DNA of 63,879 bases, filler included, from Rhabdomonas costata (GCA_019059605.1; 29 parts of 29 records of this genome joined end to end with filler, not necessarily neighbours in it), one strand, 5' to 3'. Counted from the whole stretch's first letter, positions 1-13,075 are shown. The notes: generated from the letters alone by a model not told the origin. Translations and numbers: made by a program.

Positions 1-2115
1 GTGTTGTGTTTGCATAATGGCTATAGTACACCCCCAAGAATCATTTCACGGAATTCCATGATTCATTCACTCAAATTGCAACACTTCGTTAACGGACCCC
101 TGTTACCTTCCAGTTGCTCTTCCCACAAAATGCAGAGTGCAAAGAAGCAACCCCATCCCACCATCATCCCCACCACCCTGTTTTTGGATGACCGAAAATG
201 ACAATCAACGGGAAAATTAACCCTTTTTCTCCTGCCACAAATGCTCAAGACGGGCGCCGGGTGGTGAGACTGGGAACGGACTGGCAAAATAGCCCGCTTC
301 CTGCGCTCCTGGTCTCTCCCCTGGCGACTGCAAGAACAATTAACAGCAGGCACACGCCACTTGGGGGACTAAAGTACATCCGAACGTCCAAGCACAGAAG
401 GCTGTGCGTGTGCACTGGGATTGCAAGAAAAATTGAAGGAAGGCACACAACAAACAGAATCCCCACGGCCGGAAAAGAGGAATTGGAAAGAACAAGAAAA
501 AGCAAGAGACTAAAATCTGGTTTACACCTAACCTCTGCCACCAAACCTGCCGCCAAAAGAAAATTGATGTTCATTCTCTTGACTAACAATCTCCTAACGC
601 TTTGCCATTGTTTGCATACAATGTGGTCGTGGTCCTGATGACCGAGGATACATCCTTCAAAAGTAGTAATATCAGCAGTGAAGACACCCGTCCATCTACC
701 CACCCTAACTCACACCCACTGTTCTACCACGGTTAGTCCAAGCAGCTACCCTCAATAGCTGCCAAAGCTCCAATCCGCAGCAGTAGACCATTCGGAAACG
801 TTGAGGGTAGCATACTTCAAAAAGAAAAAGAATCGGAGAGCAGGAAAACGAAAGGAAGGGAAGAAAAACGTCGGAACAAACAGCACACACTCGCACGCAC
901 ACACACAACACACAACACACACACCAACGCACCACCGCTGAACAACCAGTGGTACTCGTGGACACCTTTTTCAACAAGGAAAGGGGGAGGGGGTGGCAGA
1001 TGAAAAAACCCTCCTTCAGTTTCTCACGGCTCTTACACGTCTCATTTTGGTGACTCTCTGCAGGCTATAGTATGTTTTTGCGCCACGGAGGAGAAAAACG
1101 AGCTGGGGGACTGAGGGGAGGGAGATTCAGTGGGAAACTGTGGGAAGCGCGGTATGTGTGTGATATTCAGAGGATTCTCTGCAGCCGCTGGATGGCGCTA
1201 AAGGCGGCACCCAAATACAATACGCAGGGGGTGAACGCATGCCTGCAATGAGTGAAGGTGAGTAAAAACTCAACTTGGGTTGTGAGTGGCGGTACACAGG
1301 CATTATAGACGGGTGAGTCCCCCAAAAAAAGGAGAGGGTGGGCCGGAAGCCCTGACTCCTCCCTCTCACTCTGACCCGGGTTATGCGTTTTGTGTTTTTG
1401 GTTGTTGGAGCAGTGTAGCAAATGCTCTAATGAACAGCATATTCATACAACGTGACCCAATCCAAACAGAGAGTGGGAGAGAGTGTGGGAGTGTGTGAAG
1501 GGGGGTCGGGAGAACTAAAAGTACAACTCTCTTTCCTTTTTGCCTGCGAGTGTTTTTGTGAGTTTGTGTGTGTGTGTGGGGGGGGGGTTGTCCAACGAGA
1601 AAGGGTACTGCAGAGAACGGGAAGGTGGGCGTTCCGCCCGGTGGCCCGTTCCCTTTCTACACACGTTCACGAGGATAACGTCGCCATTTCCCCAGTCTCC
1701 GGCTGGAAGGAGTCTCATTATGTGCCTTGGGAGGGCAATGCCGCATACACAAGCTGAAACCACACCCACACAAAATGCCGTATCTCATCCAACGCCAGTG
1801 CTGAAACCAGGAGCTTTGCTAAACCTAACGAAGAAGCGCGGTTATATGCATCGTGCAACGTAGCCGCATGTGGTTATGAGTTCAGCCGCCCCGTCCAGGT
1901 TCAGTGGCTGTCCGCCACCGCGGATCACAGATGGTTATAGGGTCATGCGTGGGTGAAAGCGAAATGCATCCCCTTTATATCCCTTTGTTGATAATGAGTG
2001 ACTAGGGCAAAGCAGTTCTAATTATGATATCCATCTCCCTCCTACCCCAACTAGCTTTGCAACACCATACAGAATCACACTGCAGAGAACAAAAGGAAGA
2101 CAAAACAAAAACAAA

Positions 2116-2215
2116 NNNNNNNNNNNNNNNNNNNNNNNNNNNNNNNNNNNNNNNNNNNNTTAATTAATTAANNNNNNNNNNNNNNNNNNNNNNNNNNNNN
2201 NNNNNNNNNNNNNNN
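2116..2215. other. Artificial contig linker (N-run + TTAATTAATTAA + N-run); first of 28, spaced about every 2.2 kb up to 61937-62035
   Basis: The same 100-nt spacer recurs throughout. Its core has stops in all six frames, and the flanking sequences are unrelated. Confidence 0.98.
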
Positions 2216-2459
2216 TTGTGGTGGGGCAGCGCCCGCGCGCTCCTCATGCAAGGCTGCGGTATCACTGGAATTTGAATTTTTGATCTCTTTTTTTTCGCGG
2301 GGAAAAAGAAACAGAAACCGCCGGTGCATGGCGCCGCTTTGCTTGATGTACAGATTTGTTGTTTCACTGCGGACGTTTCTTTTTGCGGTTTGAGGCCGTG
2401 AGCTGTGAAAGGCTGGAACCGAAACCACCGCAGTAGAAATAACGTCACCGGCAAGATCA

Positions 2460-3020
2460 CAGTTCTGCAATCCTGCTTCTCCCTCTCGTCTTAGCTGGTG
2501 GTAGACCATCGCCCAAGATAGGTCTTCAGGACTAACCACCGCAACACACGGAGAAGGCACCAAAGTAACCATAGTAGCCGACTGCTCAAGTTCTGCAAAA
2601 CAACAACCATCTGCCTGCGCGTGAGTCCTAAAACTGCATCACCCTTACTCGTACCGCACAGTAGGAAAGAGCCTGACAGGAACAGAGTGCACGTGAGGGG
2701 CGACATCAGGCAAATGGTCTGCCCAGCAAACGTGTGAACACGCAGACGCAAACAGGGAGCAAAGAGGGTGCGAAGAAAAAACCCCGCAGGTGTCGCGCCG
2801 AGAGCGCGCACGACGAGCTTCACCAAAAGATCGATACAAGTTGCACGGAGCAACGGGTTCATGCATTGAGGGTGCAGGACACGGGGATGTAATAGCGTGT
2901 GAAAGGTTGACAGTTGTGGGGGGGACTGTGAGCGCCAATGGAGCGATGGAACCCTCCTTCTGGCTGAGTGCATGACATTGTACAACAATGGGCTCAGAAC
3001 ATTTGTCATCTTTGACCACA
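2460..3020 (+). mobile_element. Possible decayed non-LTR retrotransposon (APE endonuclease-like) remnant
   Basis: Broken + frames give SNHSSRLLKFCKTTTICL, similar to the APE N-G-x-x-LL-x-FC motif. There are stops and frameshifts. Confidence 0.25.
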
Positions 3021-5519
3021 CACGGGCAATTTATGGTTCACACTAGATGCAAGGGAAGGCGATGAGGGCGGAAAAGACGCACTCACGTTCGCACGGTGCA
3101 GAGTGGCTGAAGCAGATTACCGCTTCGGATAGGTAGGTGCCCATCACAAATGATGGAACAGACGAAGAGGATAAACAAAGAAACGACACTTCCCCACGCA
3201 AACACCAACAATTAAAAGATATCACAAGTCCCATGCGTTAGGTACACACGATAGTCAGAAGACAAGGAGAAAGAGAAGAAGGCAATAATGTTTTCAAAAT
3301 GCGCATAAGAGAGAGGGGCAGCAAGCGGAACCCCAGATCATGAAGGAGGGAAGATAGTGAGGGGAATAGCCCGGGGTATCCAGACCGGGCACACCAGGGG
3401 CCTGTGCAGCAGCAGCAAAAGAGCCGAAATGAGCCGCAAGAAAGCAGCTGCTTTCGTCCCGCCTTTTTTGGCGCCTACAAAACGTTGCAGCCAAGCCCTG
3501 CTTTGCGGTTGATGTCCCAGCATTCATTTCGTTCCATACTTGAGCCTCTCTCTACTGCCAAAAGGTACTCCAAGTCCCTTCACCGCTGTGGCTAATGAAG
3601 CCCTCACCCTTTAGCAAGCTCGTGGCACCATAACCTTCGCGCCTCCTTTTTGGTCCCAGCACCAAAGTTCACCAGCATAAAAAATGGGGCAGTTATCGGG
3701 CCGCGAGAGGAGGCCGAAAGGTGGTGGGGTGAAATTAAAGGCAGGCAGGTCCAACCCTGCACCAAAGTTCAGCAACTTAGTTTAAATTTTATTATTGACA
3801 ACATTCAATTTTAGAATTCTCTCCAACCGAAAAAGGGGCAAATAATTCCGAAACTTTCTCGCACTCCATACTCCTGAAATTCCTTCTTGCCCCATGACCT
3901 TCTCTTGCTCCAAAAAGAGTAAAAAACCACAACGACCACAAAGTGCTCAAAGATGGCAAAATTGGTGAAATAGAAAAAATGCTTAAAAAGCACATGCCTG
4001 ACCTGTGTCTTCAAATTCGTGCCCTCTAACCCTCGAAAAGCCTATGCTGAGATAAGTCAATGGTATGCGTTTTTTTGGGACGTCACTCCACCGCTAGCAC
4101 GGGCCAAATATCAAAGGCTAAAATCCTGAATACTCTCTGAATAAGCAGATTCCCAAAAGCGGTACCAGGCGTGGGCAGGACCTCAGGGGTGATTCCAGCC
4201 GAACAGCCATGTAAACGACGGCCGGTCATCCCCCTCGGTGCAGTGATCGTGAAGCTCAGCGGCAAAAGTGTCCGTGGGGTGCTCACCAACATATACCTTT
4301 GTCCCCACAAACGGTGGTACAACAACACNNNNNNNNNNNNNNNNNNNNNNNNNNNNNNNNNNNNNNNNNNNNTTAATTAATTAANNNNNNNNNNNNNNNN
4401 NNNNNNNNNNNNNNNNNNNNNNNNNNNNAGGGGCAAGAGCGAGCATAAAACGGAGTGTGTGTGTGTATATGCGTCGGGGGAGTGGGGGAGGCGAGGGAAG
4501 GCTACCCGCGCTACACAGAAAGAGGTTGGCTGCGTAAGGGAGGGCAGTAAGGGAGGGAAGCAAAGGATAGCTGAGTATCAACAAGCACAGGTCCCGGCAA
4601 CAAAGCTGGCAGCAGCCAGTGCGCGGCGCACAAACGACCGCTGCCTGCTGTAGCCGTGGGCTGCACGGGAGCATTATCAAGCACGCTGAGCTCAGTGCAG
4701 TTCCCCAGCTGAGATTCACGTCCAAAAAGTCCTTACTCCGCCGCCATTGGAGTGAGTACCTGAGTCCTTAAACTGTTGGCTTGCTATCTTTGTTAAACTG
4801 AATCATTCCAACCAAAAACAAAACCCACAAGAAGGGGTACACGCACTGTATGCACTGCATTCACTAAAGGAGAAGCAGCGTGCACGTGCAGCACGACAAC
4901 ACTGCCCGGCGTTAATGCTGTGCTTGGGTGGTCCTGCATAGCACCATAGCATTGAATCCCCATCCAGCTATTAGTGTACTTGTACAGCACCGTGACGAGC
5001 GGGACCCTTGCAATGTGCGTACAAGACATCATGGAGACCAAAACCACAATCAAATATTCCTTTTTTCTCTTCCATGATCTCTCTTCCCCCTTCCCGTCCA
5101 AGTCTTCACAGAAGCGTAATACCACAAGTTTGTTGTTGTTGGCTTGTTTCTGCACAATCTTTCTTTTCACTTGCGTCACTGCCTCCCCCCTTTCATTTAC
5201 ACCTTTATCCCGCATGCGTTGCTCGCCGTTGCAGAGAGTGTGAGTTTTGGAGCAGTTGGTCGTGCACTGGTGTAGATATCTTGCGTGGCTTAGGATTGAG
5301 GGCGACCTTCCCCTCCCTCCATCCTCCGTGCTGCGTCACTCGCATGCATGCTTTCCAATCTCTAGTCAACAGCCAGCGTACCTTTGTAGAGTCGAAGAAA
5401 GCGGCCGATCCCTCCACAACCACCTCATCGTGTGTTTCACTGATTTCTTAGGCGTCATGTGCCATCGTGACAAAAATTGATTTCTTTTGCGAGTTTCCTT
5501 TTCTCCTTTTCTCTCTCAG

Positions 5520-6255
5520 GAGGTGAACAAGGTGCTGCAGACGAACTACTCATTGGTGGAATTCGACTCCCGCAAGGGTCGGGCCCTGCTGCAGATCCTC
5601 AGCGATGTCCTGGCCACGTTGAGTCCGTCCATGAAGGCCGACCTCACCGCCGAGGACCCCCAGGCCACCGGTCCACGGCTGGCGGAGTTCTTGTGCGGCA
5701 TCCTGAACTACAGGCCCGCAGAGAGCCAGCCCCAGGTTTGGATGTGCGCCTGACGCCTCGTCCCCGTTCTCGATGAAGGAGATGCTTCCCAATTTCTGGC
5801 GGGCTTGCATGAAGCTTTTCCCGAAACGAAACGAAGTCAGGTTCGAACGTAATGTTTTGTTGGGTATACGAGGAAAACGTGAAATGGCAGTGCGCGATTG
5901 CCTTTGTATATCATTTTGGGGATGCTTTTTTGTGCAAAAAAAAAAGGTCAGTGTTTCGAGTCTCTCTGTCCCTTTGTTTGGTGGGGATTTGTGGTTCGGT
6001 TCTGTTTTTCCATTCGCATTACTGAGTGGGTCACCTCAGTTTATCGATGCGCTGTGCACCGGCGACGAGGCCGTGGTGTACCCCATCCTGCACTGGGTGC
6101 TCAGCCACATGCCCGAGAACGCGAAGCGAGTCTACCTGGCGAAGTATCTCATCCCTGTCCTCGTCCCGGAGGACATGATCGCCTCCGACGATGAGATCCG
6201 GGAGGTCTACCAGCACTACCGGGCCTTGGTGGACGGCTTCAAGGACGCCCACAAG
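5520..6255 (+). CDS. IFT81: Intraflagellar transport protein 81, N-terminal CH domain (partial; exons 5520-5735, 6040-6255)
   Basis: EVNKVLQTNYSLVEFDS...LLQILSDVL...ILNYRP | FIDALCTGDEAVVYPILHWVL...KRVYLAKYLIP. The GT-AG intron is phase 0. Confidence 0.9.
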
Positions 6256-6949
6256 GTATGCTCGAAGTAGGCCCGTCTGCGGCAACCGAGGACAATTGTG
6301 CTGGGATTTTCTGAGTAGATTGGAAACTGTCAGAACTGCTCTTGGGTGCCGTATACCAGAAGTGCTTGGAGTGCTGCAGCGCCACGGTGCGGAAAAGGGG
6401 AAGGGCACGTGTGAAGGGGAGGGCCGAGGGATGGGAACGGGGTTTCTTGGCCGGTTTGATCTACCCACAACTGCCATTGATTGAATGTTTTGCATTTGCG
6501 CAAGCACAATGCAGGCAACACACGAACACACACACACCAACANNNNNNNNNNNNNNNNNNNNNNNNNNNNNNNNNNNNNNNNNNNNTTAATTAATTAANN
6601 NNNNNNNNNNNNNNNNNNNNNNNNNNNNNNNNNNNNNNNNNNGTGGTGGGTGTGTTTGGTGGTTTTGGGCGTCTCCATAGGAAATTAGGTGGCCTTTGGT
6701 CCTTTGGTGGCCATCTGGATGCTGCGACAATTTACCATTTGCCGAACGCTAGCACTAGCACCAGAGGTCTCGCCAGTTCTCCTCTCTAGCCTCATACATC
6801 CGCAAGTCAAATTATTAACGTATTAGTGGATTTGCGCTCCGGTGTTTCTACGGACGCTCGGGGGATGCACCACACCCGGGTTTCCGCGAGGGTCTCCTCC
6901 GTATTGCTCAGTCTACGGCCATGGTACATCAGTGCATTAAGCGCCACCC

Positions 6950-7700
6950 CGAGCGCCACAAGAAAGACTACCAGAACCACCGGCCAGCAGCCCCGTCGGC
7001 TGCCCCCACCCGCAGTCCGCATATCCTTTGAGCGTTCCTGCGTTCAAAAGGGTCCAATTTCCCTTTTGTTCGGGCTAGCGTCTTCCCAAACAATCAGAGT
7101 CGTGTTAGGTGCCGGGCCTTCGCCCGAGCAAAGCTCATGCTCATTTCAGGGTAGTTCAAGACGCAGGTCCAAACGGATTGCAAACAAGAATACAAAATGA
7201 GGCTCTGGTAAACCGAGAGTGAAGTGAAGTGAAGTCGACCCCCGAACCAGGATGCCTTCTGGGACATGAAAAACACCTGACAACACCGAAAATCGCCATG
7301 CACCCCAGCCATACAGGAGGATTATCCATCATATGGGGACTTGCCAATCATGGCAGTGGTGGCCAGATAAAGGCCACCAGCAAGAAAGGAAGAAAAGAAA
7401 GGGATCAGGAACAGCGTCGAAGTAATCCCATTGAGGGCGGCGGTTCTCCCAATAGAACTCGCCATGTTCTCTCCGTTTGGGAATTCGAGACTCTCCCCGA
7501 CAAAGTAGATAAGACAATAATATTCTTTCAGCAAGAAACAGAAAAAAACGCTGCCCTTGAAACACTCTCCCCAAGAAAAACATTATTCCGTTCAACCACG
7601 TAAACATTCACTCACGCGTGCTGTTATTGCCCAAAAAAGCCCGCCAGGCTTCACCTCTGGGTGCCTTCCCAGTAGCGGCAATTCAGCGAGCGGCTGTGCG
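6950..7700 (+). mobile_element. Decayed Ty3/Gypsy pol (RT-RNase H connection)
   Basis: HEKHLTTPKIAMHP...LSIIWGLANHGSGGQI resembles LKxxLTxxPxLxxP...FxLxxDASxxGxGxVL. VLSVWEFETL resembles the RNase H ELLAVVW motif. Confidence 0.45.
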
Positions 7701-9361
7701 TAAGCAATGTCCCCCACCCGCACGCGGCAGCTCTCCTCTATAGGAGCCAAGGCTTGGTCAAGTCCGCACTGGGCCTGCACTGCGGCAGCTTTTAGCCCGC
7801 GCAGCAGAGAAATTCACTTACGATTCCGCTTTCCCCTACCGCTTCTGCTGCGAGGACTGTGCCGTGAACGCCGCCAGCAGAGAGGAGACCTCTTCTGGGC
7901 TGAGCTGCAGCACCGTGCCAATCACAGGAAGCAGTTGCTGGGTACGCAGTACAAAAGAGGGAGACAGAGCGGGAGAAGTAAAAGACAAGGGAGGGGGTGG
8001 GTCTCAAGCTATCGAAGGATGTTGACTTGAAGCCTAGGAGTGCTATAGAGACAGAGGCTGCGGTGGTCAACGTCAACGACCATTTCCTGCACGGTGACCA
8101 AAGGGCACAAAAAGAAAAAAGGGCACAAAAGGGACCATTGAATTTTGGCGGGGTAGGGGCGAATAAGATAGATTGAAATAACGTTAACCGGAGGCCGGTT
8201 GCATGGTGTACCTAAGCCCTGATCCTGATTAGAGATTAATAGAAAAATTGAACACTCCTATTAAACGCCGTAGAACGTTGAGAGCTGAGTTGAACGCACC
8301 CCCTTCACAACACCTTTTTTCTTACAAAACAACAATAGTGTTGTTTCTTTTTCTCAGAGGTCTTCTTGGAGGTCGTCCGAAAAGATACCTTTACTTGTTA
8401 TATAGCACGCTATACCGTAAACTGAGAGTTTTTAACCACGGCACACCACAGGATGCCGCGTGGGGCCACCGGCATAAATACAGGCTAAAAAGACTTCTGT
8501 TCGAAATGCACATACTAAATTCTGTTTCGGGGTGTTACTAGTTTTACTTCGAGTCTACTGAATAAAGTGCGGGTGCAGTGTCCATAGTACCTTCTGCACG
8601 GCTGAGTCCCGAGCAAGAACGAACTTTATGATCACGTTCTTGGCATAGCTGCAACAAGTTTGAGGGGGATGCACGAGAACAAACCACCCTCTTTCGTGCA
8701 TCACGCACCTTGCTTTTCTGACACACCCGGGGATGAAGGAGAACATCCCCTACCCCAANNNNNNNNNNNNNNNNNNNNNNNNNNNNNNNNNNNNNNNNNN
8801 NNTTAATTAATTAANNNNNNNNNNNNNNNNNNNNNNNNNNNNNNNNNNNNNNNNNNNNGGTTTTGGCGACAGTTAGCAGTATTCCTGTATGTTTGGAGGT
8901 CCAGTTTAATAAATGAACGGATGTTTCCCGTGCTTGAACGAAAACCGAAATACTGCTAACTGTCGCCAAAATCCCCGCTTTGAATCTAACGAGAGGTCTC
9001 TCTCTTCCTAAAACAAAGGAGAATGCTAAATACCGCACCCCGTCAGCACTGGCACTCAGAGACAGGTTTCCTTTTTCATACGGGTTTCACCTCACCCAAG
9101 AAAAAGTAGAACAACAGCAAAGCGTCGTCAGCAAACCGGAAAATTAACTACTCTCAGTGAAGCTCACCTTAAGGCTGCAAAGCAAGTTTTTGGAGTAAAA
9201 TGAAAAAAATCGTGCTTAAAAATCGTGCTTATCTCACCAGAAACTCCCGTCAGGATCACGGGCCAAAACCTAAATCCTGCAAAATCGATTTCCAATCCCT
9301 TTCTGCTTAACAAAAAACCACCCTGCCAACTTCGGACATTCCCGCAAATGAATTTCGCGAC

Positions 9362-10806
9362 CTTGTCTGTGCCAAACTCGTACTTCGTGTCAATGAACAT
9401 GAGGCCTTGCTTCGCAAGCAGCTCCGCACCACGCTTAAAGAGCTTCAGAGATGCCTCTCGAACCTAAAGGGAATAAAAAAGCCGTGGCACCACAAAAAGA
9501 AGTTCGACAATAGTGCGCACTAGAAAACGTGGTCGGGTGCGAGAGGGCAGTCTTGGCAAAAAAAAAACAGGCCCATTAGCACCCGCACGACAAATTAACA
9601 AATTAAATGCGCCCACCCAGTAATTGAACGAGGCATGCCCGAGAAGACCGGGTGTCATACCACAGATTCGATGTTACTGCTGCTGTTTTAGTGTCTATTT
9701 TCGAGCAGTACTAATATGCGAGTATTCAATCTTCGGTTTTGATGTTTTGATGTTTTGATGAGTGTTTCAGCTCTCGGAGCCTCCCCTTCAAGATGAACGA
9801 AATTTCATCCGATCGAAAATTCGGGAAGGGCCAGGATGGAAAATTAAAACGCACGAACATTGATGCCAATACGGTGACCGACTGTGTTGTGCACAAGGTT
9901 CGGCAGTGAACGCCCAACCACCAAGGCATCCCACCTCATTGGCCAGCGCTGGCCCTATCATCTTCGTGACTTCCTCCATTGTGATGTTCTCATCGTGCTC
10001 GCCAATCTCGGCCTTGGTGGTGGGGGTGAAGATGGGGGTGTCAAACTTCTGGTATCTCAGCAGGCCATCCGGAACGCTCAGCCTAACCACCCGATGTGCG
10101 ATGTGGTGAAAAAAAAAGAAAGAGAAGGCGTGTTTTTTTTCTCGTTTCGGAACGAAAGAGTCCCAATGTGAACTTCATGGTCGCGTCCGTCATTTATCTT
10201 CACGTTGTCGTTTGGTGCACTCCGTTTCTCACGAAACCCAGTTAGCTCCATGCCCTCCTATTTCTGAAGTTCCGGAGACGTAAATGGAAAAAAGTCCGAC
10301 TGAGTCGGATATAATCAATTGGCAAAAGTTCCCATCCCCAGAGGGATTCAAAAGACGAAAGTATCCGAGCAGATACCCACAAATGGTACGCTCGCCCTTC
10401 TCATAACCAGCGGCCATGCTGCCCCAGAGGTAACCGCGGACTATGCACTCCACCCCGATGTTCTTCATCTTCTTTTGGACGACGACATTGGGATCTGCAA
10501 GCCAAGCCCGCACAAAGGCACGCGAAACAAGCGCAGACCCGTCTTGGCAACAAGCAGAAACTAATACGTACCGATGTCCTCGGAAACCAAGGCATTGGGC
10601 ACGATGTCGCGAGTATTTTGAAAAGCCCAAAACGTGATCCTGTTCAAAATTTCCCCTTTGAATGGAATCAGGTTCGGCAAGACGTAGTCAAAGGCTGAAA
10701 CCCTGTCGCTGGCGATCATAATCACCTTGTCTTCTGTAACGTAAATGTCCCGCACCTTGCCCTTCTTAACACGGCCAAGCTCAGGAATCACACAGCTTCC
10801 AAGAGC
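9362..10806 (-). CDS. ADE1: SAICAR synthase (partial; exons 10806-10572, 10494-10377, 10082-9935, 9463-9362)
   Basis: Motifs GKVRDIY, SDRVSAFD, IPFKGEILN, ECIVRGYLWGS, PIFTPTTKAEIGEHDENI and FIDTKYEFG. Junctions are GT-AG and in phase. Confidence 0.95.
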
Positions 10807-11074
10807 CTGAAGAACACGAAAAAATAATTTTGAAAAGTTAATAAGAAACGCGCTTCACCCATCTAACCCTCCTAACCCCCATTTCCCTGAAAGCACCGCT
10901 ACAATAAAGCGGCAAAATTTTACAGAGAGACAAAAATTACTGAGTGTAATCATTCTTTCGATCCCCACACCCACNNNNNNNNNNNNNNNNNNNNNNNNNN
11001 NNNNNNNNNNNNNNNNNNTTAATTAATTAANNNNNNNNNNNNNNNNNNNNNNNNNNNNNNNNNNNNNNNNNNNN

Positions 11075-12680
11075 ATGCAGGAATACCCTGGGGTTCGTGA
11101 GCGAGTGGAGGCAGCTTATGCTGGGGGAACGAGTGAACCACTGCACTTCGGGAGGAAGGATGCGAGGTAGCGAGCATCCTGACGACCAGCTATCTACTCC
11201 ACTCTGTCGGCATGCCCCTCGGTCCCTCGGGTCAGCCTCTCCTCTTCTTCTTTCTTCACTCCTTAGGGCCCCCACGAACGCAGTGAGTGGGGTATCTGTA
11301 GAAGGTGAATGCATGTAAGCGGCTTATGCCGGTGGAATGCATGAACCATCACTTCGGGAGGAAGGATACGAACGCAGTGAGCATCCTGACGACCAGCTAT
11401 CTACTCCACTGTCGGGTCTCTCAGTCCTTCGAGCCCCTCCCACTCTTACATCTTCTATACGTGTCTCTCCTCTCCACTCCCCCACCATAAGGTGCGTACG
11501 TGGAGATCCGACCGGGCGAAGCCACGCAGGAATACCCTCGGGTTGGGTTTCACTTGCGGAGGGGATGTCGAGACCTTGGTCGAGGCATCCACGACAGTAG
11601 AAGCATGCATTTTACCAACGTATCCTCATCGTTGGGTATCTTGCTTCTGTGTCGGTCCCTCCCTCACGGTCGGGCCCTCCAACCCCACACTCACTACCCT
11701 TACGCATCTTCCTTGCATCAGGATAGCCCCTCGGATGGCAGTAGAAGGGTGAGCATGGGAGTAGCAGCATCAACGTAAGCATGGTGCCTTACGCTTCAGC
11801 CTTCACTCCCACTCTCACTCTCTACTCCCAACGTGGCATGGTGGACAGAAGCGGAGGTTGTGGGAAGTGGGCTGATGACATAGCGTACCGTTGCAGTAGC
11901 GCTAATGGCAGCATCCTACCCCTCACTCTCCCTCTGTCACCTTCCACGGTCACGGGTTGCAACGTTGGTAGTGGAGGGTAATGCATAGCGTCAATGCTTA
12001 GCGTATGTGCTACTATGCATACCGTACCACTATTACCGCTACATCCACGGGTTGGCAGCTCCTGTTGGGGTTCGGGTACTGTGGTGTGAGTAGAGTAGGC
12101 ATTGCTGCTGATACGCTACCGTTAACCACTTACCTCAACCACCAACAGTGAGTGCGTGATTCGGGTGGTAGGGTGTGAGTAGTGTAAGCATAGCTGCCGA
12201 TACGCTACCGGTTACCCCTCACCTCAATCACTTCCCTCGTGTGGGTTGAGTGGGTTTATTGTCCCCTACGGTGAGTTTCGCAGGCTCACTGCAGGTCGAT
12301 CTTGGGTCACCTACCCAGCACTACTACCCTACGCATATGGTAAGGGTTCATGTCCGCTAGCAGAGGTCATACCACCGTGTCCAACCTGTGGGGTGATGAT
12401 ATGACTCGCCTCTACCCACTACTAACGTACAACCTCAGGTATTGAGTTACGCGCTACGTTGCATAGGCTCCCCGTCGTACCAGCGTTATCACGTGTTTCG
12501 TGTTAGCGAGATCAGTGAGAAACGATGCCAACCCAGGCGTTGAACTTCAGGGTGACCAATCCTTACTACTCAGGACACTGGGAGCGATCGTCGATAAGTT
12601 GTGGAGCACGGAAGTAGCGAGTGGGACAGTAGTGGCATAGCCGTACGCAGCCTTGTTGTTCTAGAGATATCCCGAGGGAC
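11075..12680 (+). ncRNA. Putative highly structured non-coding region: array of long imperfect hairpins, partly duplicated
   Basis: Alternating G-rich and C/T-rich arms pair, with G.U pairs on the + strand. A 32-nt exact repeat sits at 11172 and 11379, and a second repeat pair at about 12071 and 12160. No recognisable protein. Confidence 0.45.
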
Positions 12681-13075
12681 ATCAGCGACACCGAACCCGA
12701 ACCCGAAGACCAAAACCCGAGGCAGAACTCCGACACCATGACACCCTCGCCTTGCAGACACTAACCCACACGCATAAACCCGACACCAAACGCATGAAAC
12801 CACCACCCCACGCATACACCCCAAGACACGAATACACCCACCAACACCACCAGCCTCGAAACCCAAACGCATACACACGAATACCACGAATACCACGAAT
12901 GCCTACACCTACGAACCCAACCCCTACACCAGAAACCCACACCAGAAGGCATAAACCCAGAACCCCAAGACCTGAAGACCAAACCCCTAAGACCTAACCT
13001 CCGAAGAGGAACCCCAAATACCAGAAGGCCAAAACCCAAATGCACGAAAACCCGAAAACTAAAGACCAAAGAGAA
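12680..13075. repeat. Degenerate A/C-rich short-unit repeat tract (ACCCGA/ACACGAAT/CCAGAA-like)
   Basis: Strong A/C strand bias, with repeated accccg, acgaatac and gaagacc words. Confidence 0.75.

Noticed and set aside
450-700. Non-LTR zinc knuckle (CIQCG)
   Set aside because: A single short motif with no supporting reverse transcriptase signal.
2160-2171. Regularly spaced TTAATTAATTAA repeat
   Set aside because: Artificial six-frame-stop linker inside N runs, not a biological array.
9164-9660. Apparent Gypsy reverse transcriptase relic
   Set aside because: The conserved part is the DTKYEFG exon of SAICAR synthase.
11179-11395. CTGACGA in both repeat units as a hammerhead ribozyme core
   Set aside because: No stem II followed by GAAA, and no NUH before the preceding stem.
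11075-11600. CRISPR-like repeat-spacer array
   Set aside because: Only 2-3 copies with a period of about 207 nt, similar intervening sequence and no cas genes.
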